A DNA stretch of 64,000 nt from contig JBHGNT010000013.1 of the NCBI GenBank assembly GCA_043228905.1, positions 9,796,001-9,860,000 on the forward strand, in the 5' to 3' direction. Below, one piece after another: positions 61,763-64,000 of the stretch. Made by a program: the position numbers and the translations under genes. The notes beneath the pieces were generated by a model. The model searched no databases. It saw only the letters and a program-made list of their open reading frames with translations, and was not told where the DNA came from. Within the stretch, counting starts at the first letter, position 1; each line of letters opens with the position of its first letter. Source of the stretch: Azolla caroliniana (taxonomy: Eukaryota; Plantae; Polypodiophyta).

Positions 61763-63475
61763 TGTCATGATATGGCAAGACTCGAACCCATAACCTTATG
61801 GTATATGGGTCGAGCTCTTAACCATCACACCATCTATTGTAATTCATAGAATATTATTTTCATTTATGTTTTATTATAAGAAAGTAATGTATATTCTAGA
61901 TTTCTCTGGAACATTCTAGAAGTTTCAGGATTACTCCTGACAACACTACAAAAGAAGGCACTAGGCATTATGTTGAACCAAATTGGTTCAACACCAGTCT
62001 TAAGCCTCTTAGCCGATTTGTACTTATCTTTCATATAATATAAGAGTTGTTGTCATCATCCTTCTCTCTCTCTCATTCTCGCTATCTCTCTTTTCGCTTC
62101 TCTCTTTCTCTCTCTCTCGGGAGTCTTACGCAGTCCCGTCCTCTTAGTACTAATAGTACTGCTCTTCTTTAGTACTATTCCTGACAGTTTGAACCAATTT
62201 CCCGGTCCTCCAATCTACTTGTCGTTCTCCCTCATCCTCCTACCCTTTTCCCTATATTATGGCTACTGTTAGCGCCCAAGAATATCAATCCGTTTTCTCT
62301 GAGCTACAGTGCTTAAAAGAAAAATTTGTTGCCTTGGAACAAGAAAACCAACAGCTGATAGGGGATCTGCAACAAATCGCTCTAGAAAAACAACAAATGC
62401 AACACCAACATGGGGAGTTAGCATTACGGGTGCAACAACTCGAAGCGGCATTGCAACAACAAGGATCAAGTCCCCAAGGATTTCATAAAGAGCCGAAGAT
62501 TGGACTTCCTGTGAAATTTGATGGAACGCGATCACAATTCAGGGGATTCCTTAATCAGGTACGATTAGTCCTCCAAATGCATCCTTCCCGATATCCCACT
62601 GATGCATCCCGAGTCGGCTTACTAGGCACGTTGCTTAGCGGCTCAGCCTTAGCATGGTTCGCTCCGCTTCTAGAAAAACAATCGCCCTTGCTTAATAACT
62701 TTGAAGATTTTATTAGTGAGTTTAAAGCCTGCTTTGGAGACACCGACAGCATCAGGACGACGATCAACAAGATCCGGCGATTGCGTCAAGGCGATCGTCC
62801 AGCCTCTGCCTACGCTGCGGATTTCTGCCTACTCGCTTCAGATATACCCTGGGATGATCAAGCACTAATGGAGCAGTTTCGCTATGGCCTGCGAAACGAT
62901 GTCAAAGATCTACTTCTAACTTTCCCCGAAGAACCAAAGTCTCTTACGGAGGCAATCAGTCGAGCGGTCCAATGTGACAACCGCCTTTTCGAACGACGTT
63001 CGGAACGTCAATTACAGATACCACGCTCTAGGTCAGAGCCCACTTACGCCGCAGTCGCGGGTAAACCGTTTGCACGAGACATACCTCAAGCAAATACTTC
63101 GACACCGATGGAGATCGATACCATGCGTCGATGCAGCCAGTTATCGGAAGAAGAAAAGCAATGACGACGTGCCAATCGATTATGTCTTTATTGCAGTGGA
63201 CCAGGACATATCGCCATCAATTGTCCCCATAGGCCAAGAAGACAGGTAAATCAAATCGTCGCCTGTACTAAACCCGAGTCAATTCTTCCCTTCGGAGTGT
63301 CTGATAGTATTAATAGTACTAATAGAGTGTCAGATAGTATTCATAGTACTAATAGCCCAAGTATCTCAAACAAATTTGAAATCCTTAGTCAATTAGATGA
63401 AGAGTTAAACAATTGAGTCCAGCAAAAATAGGAGCCGTTTGGTTGGACAACAGCCCTAGATCTGTACAACCCATT
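61763..63475 (+). mobile_element. Tcn1/Tf1-sushi-like chromovirus copy 2 (5' LTR 61763-62186, gag 62259-63416 with a premature stop at 63164), interrupted at 63476
   Basis: LTR and gag are homologous to copy 1; LCLYCSGPGHIAINCP knuckle follows the stop. Confidence 0.9.
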
Positions 63476-64000
63476 TGTTGGGAGACAGGTCCCTCCGGAT
63501 GGGCAGGGAGAAGAACAGTGCCGACGAAACCGGATGAGGAGTACCCGACTACGGAGAGCCGGATGGTGCAGGCCCGGTATGAACCGGATGAGGAGTACCC
63601 GGCTACGGAGAGCCGGATGGTGCAGGCCCGGTATGAACCGGATGAGGAGTACCCGGCTACGGAGAGCCGGATGGTGCAGGCCCGGTATGAACCGGATGAG
63701 GAGTACTCGGCTACGGAGAGCCGGATGGTGCAGGCCCGGTATGAACCGGAGGAAGAGACATATTCGTAAATATGTTTTTGAGAGCCCATTGTGGCTATAT
63801 TTGTAAATAGCCGAAAAGTCATATTAGTATAAATATGACTTAGGGCAAACTAATATTATGTGGTCGTTACTCTTCCTTGTTGGTGCAAGAAGAAGAGAGA
63901 GTAAAGTCGAGCTTGCTAGATGAGGAGGCGCGTCGGAAAGACAAAGATACGAGCTCCGACTCCAAAGCGCTTCTTACCGAATCGGAACGCGAAAGACATA
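63476..64000 (+). mobile_element. LTR of the same family as the solo LTR at 41840-42558, with four 54-bp repeats (63528-63750); runs off the window
   Basis: TGTTGGGAGACAGGTCCCTCCGGATGGG start; unit CCGGATGAGGAGTACCCGGCTACGGAGAGCCGGATGGTGCAGGCCCGGTATGAA; shared TATA region ..gaaaagtcatattagtataaatatgacttagggcaaac. Confidence 0.88.

Overview
Land-plant nuclear DNA, most likely a fern or lycophyte (inferred from the retrotransposon lineages; not provable from this window). The first ~18.6 kb holds two convergent intron-containing genes that I assembled by hand through GT-AG junctions. One is a NOT4/CNOT4 RING-RRM E3 ligase (+, 195-10299). The other is an IDM1-like PHD + GNAT histone acetyltransferase (-, 12995-18540). 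From ~19 kb to the end is a nested pile of LTR retrotransposons, up to 4 levels deep. It contains several decayed Ty1/copia copies; a non-chromoviral Ty3/gypsy element with a tRNA-Trp PBS and 2.1-kb LTRs carrying a 105-bp tandem array; two Tcn1/Tf1-sushi-like chromoviruses; a very young chromovirus with TG..TA LTRs; and several solo LTRs. The main unexplained signal is that four insertions of one Ty3 lineage (TGTYR..YGACA ends, shared terminal motifs, unrelated LTR interiors) all make 4-bp rather than 5-bp target duplications centred on a CpG (NCGN). Other notable signals are self-priming PBS/R complementarity with covariation, a tRNA-like Pol III promoter at the LTR edge, two -1 frameshift cassettes, and one LTR family inserted twice into the gag-pol junction of the same host family.
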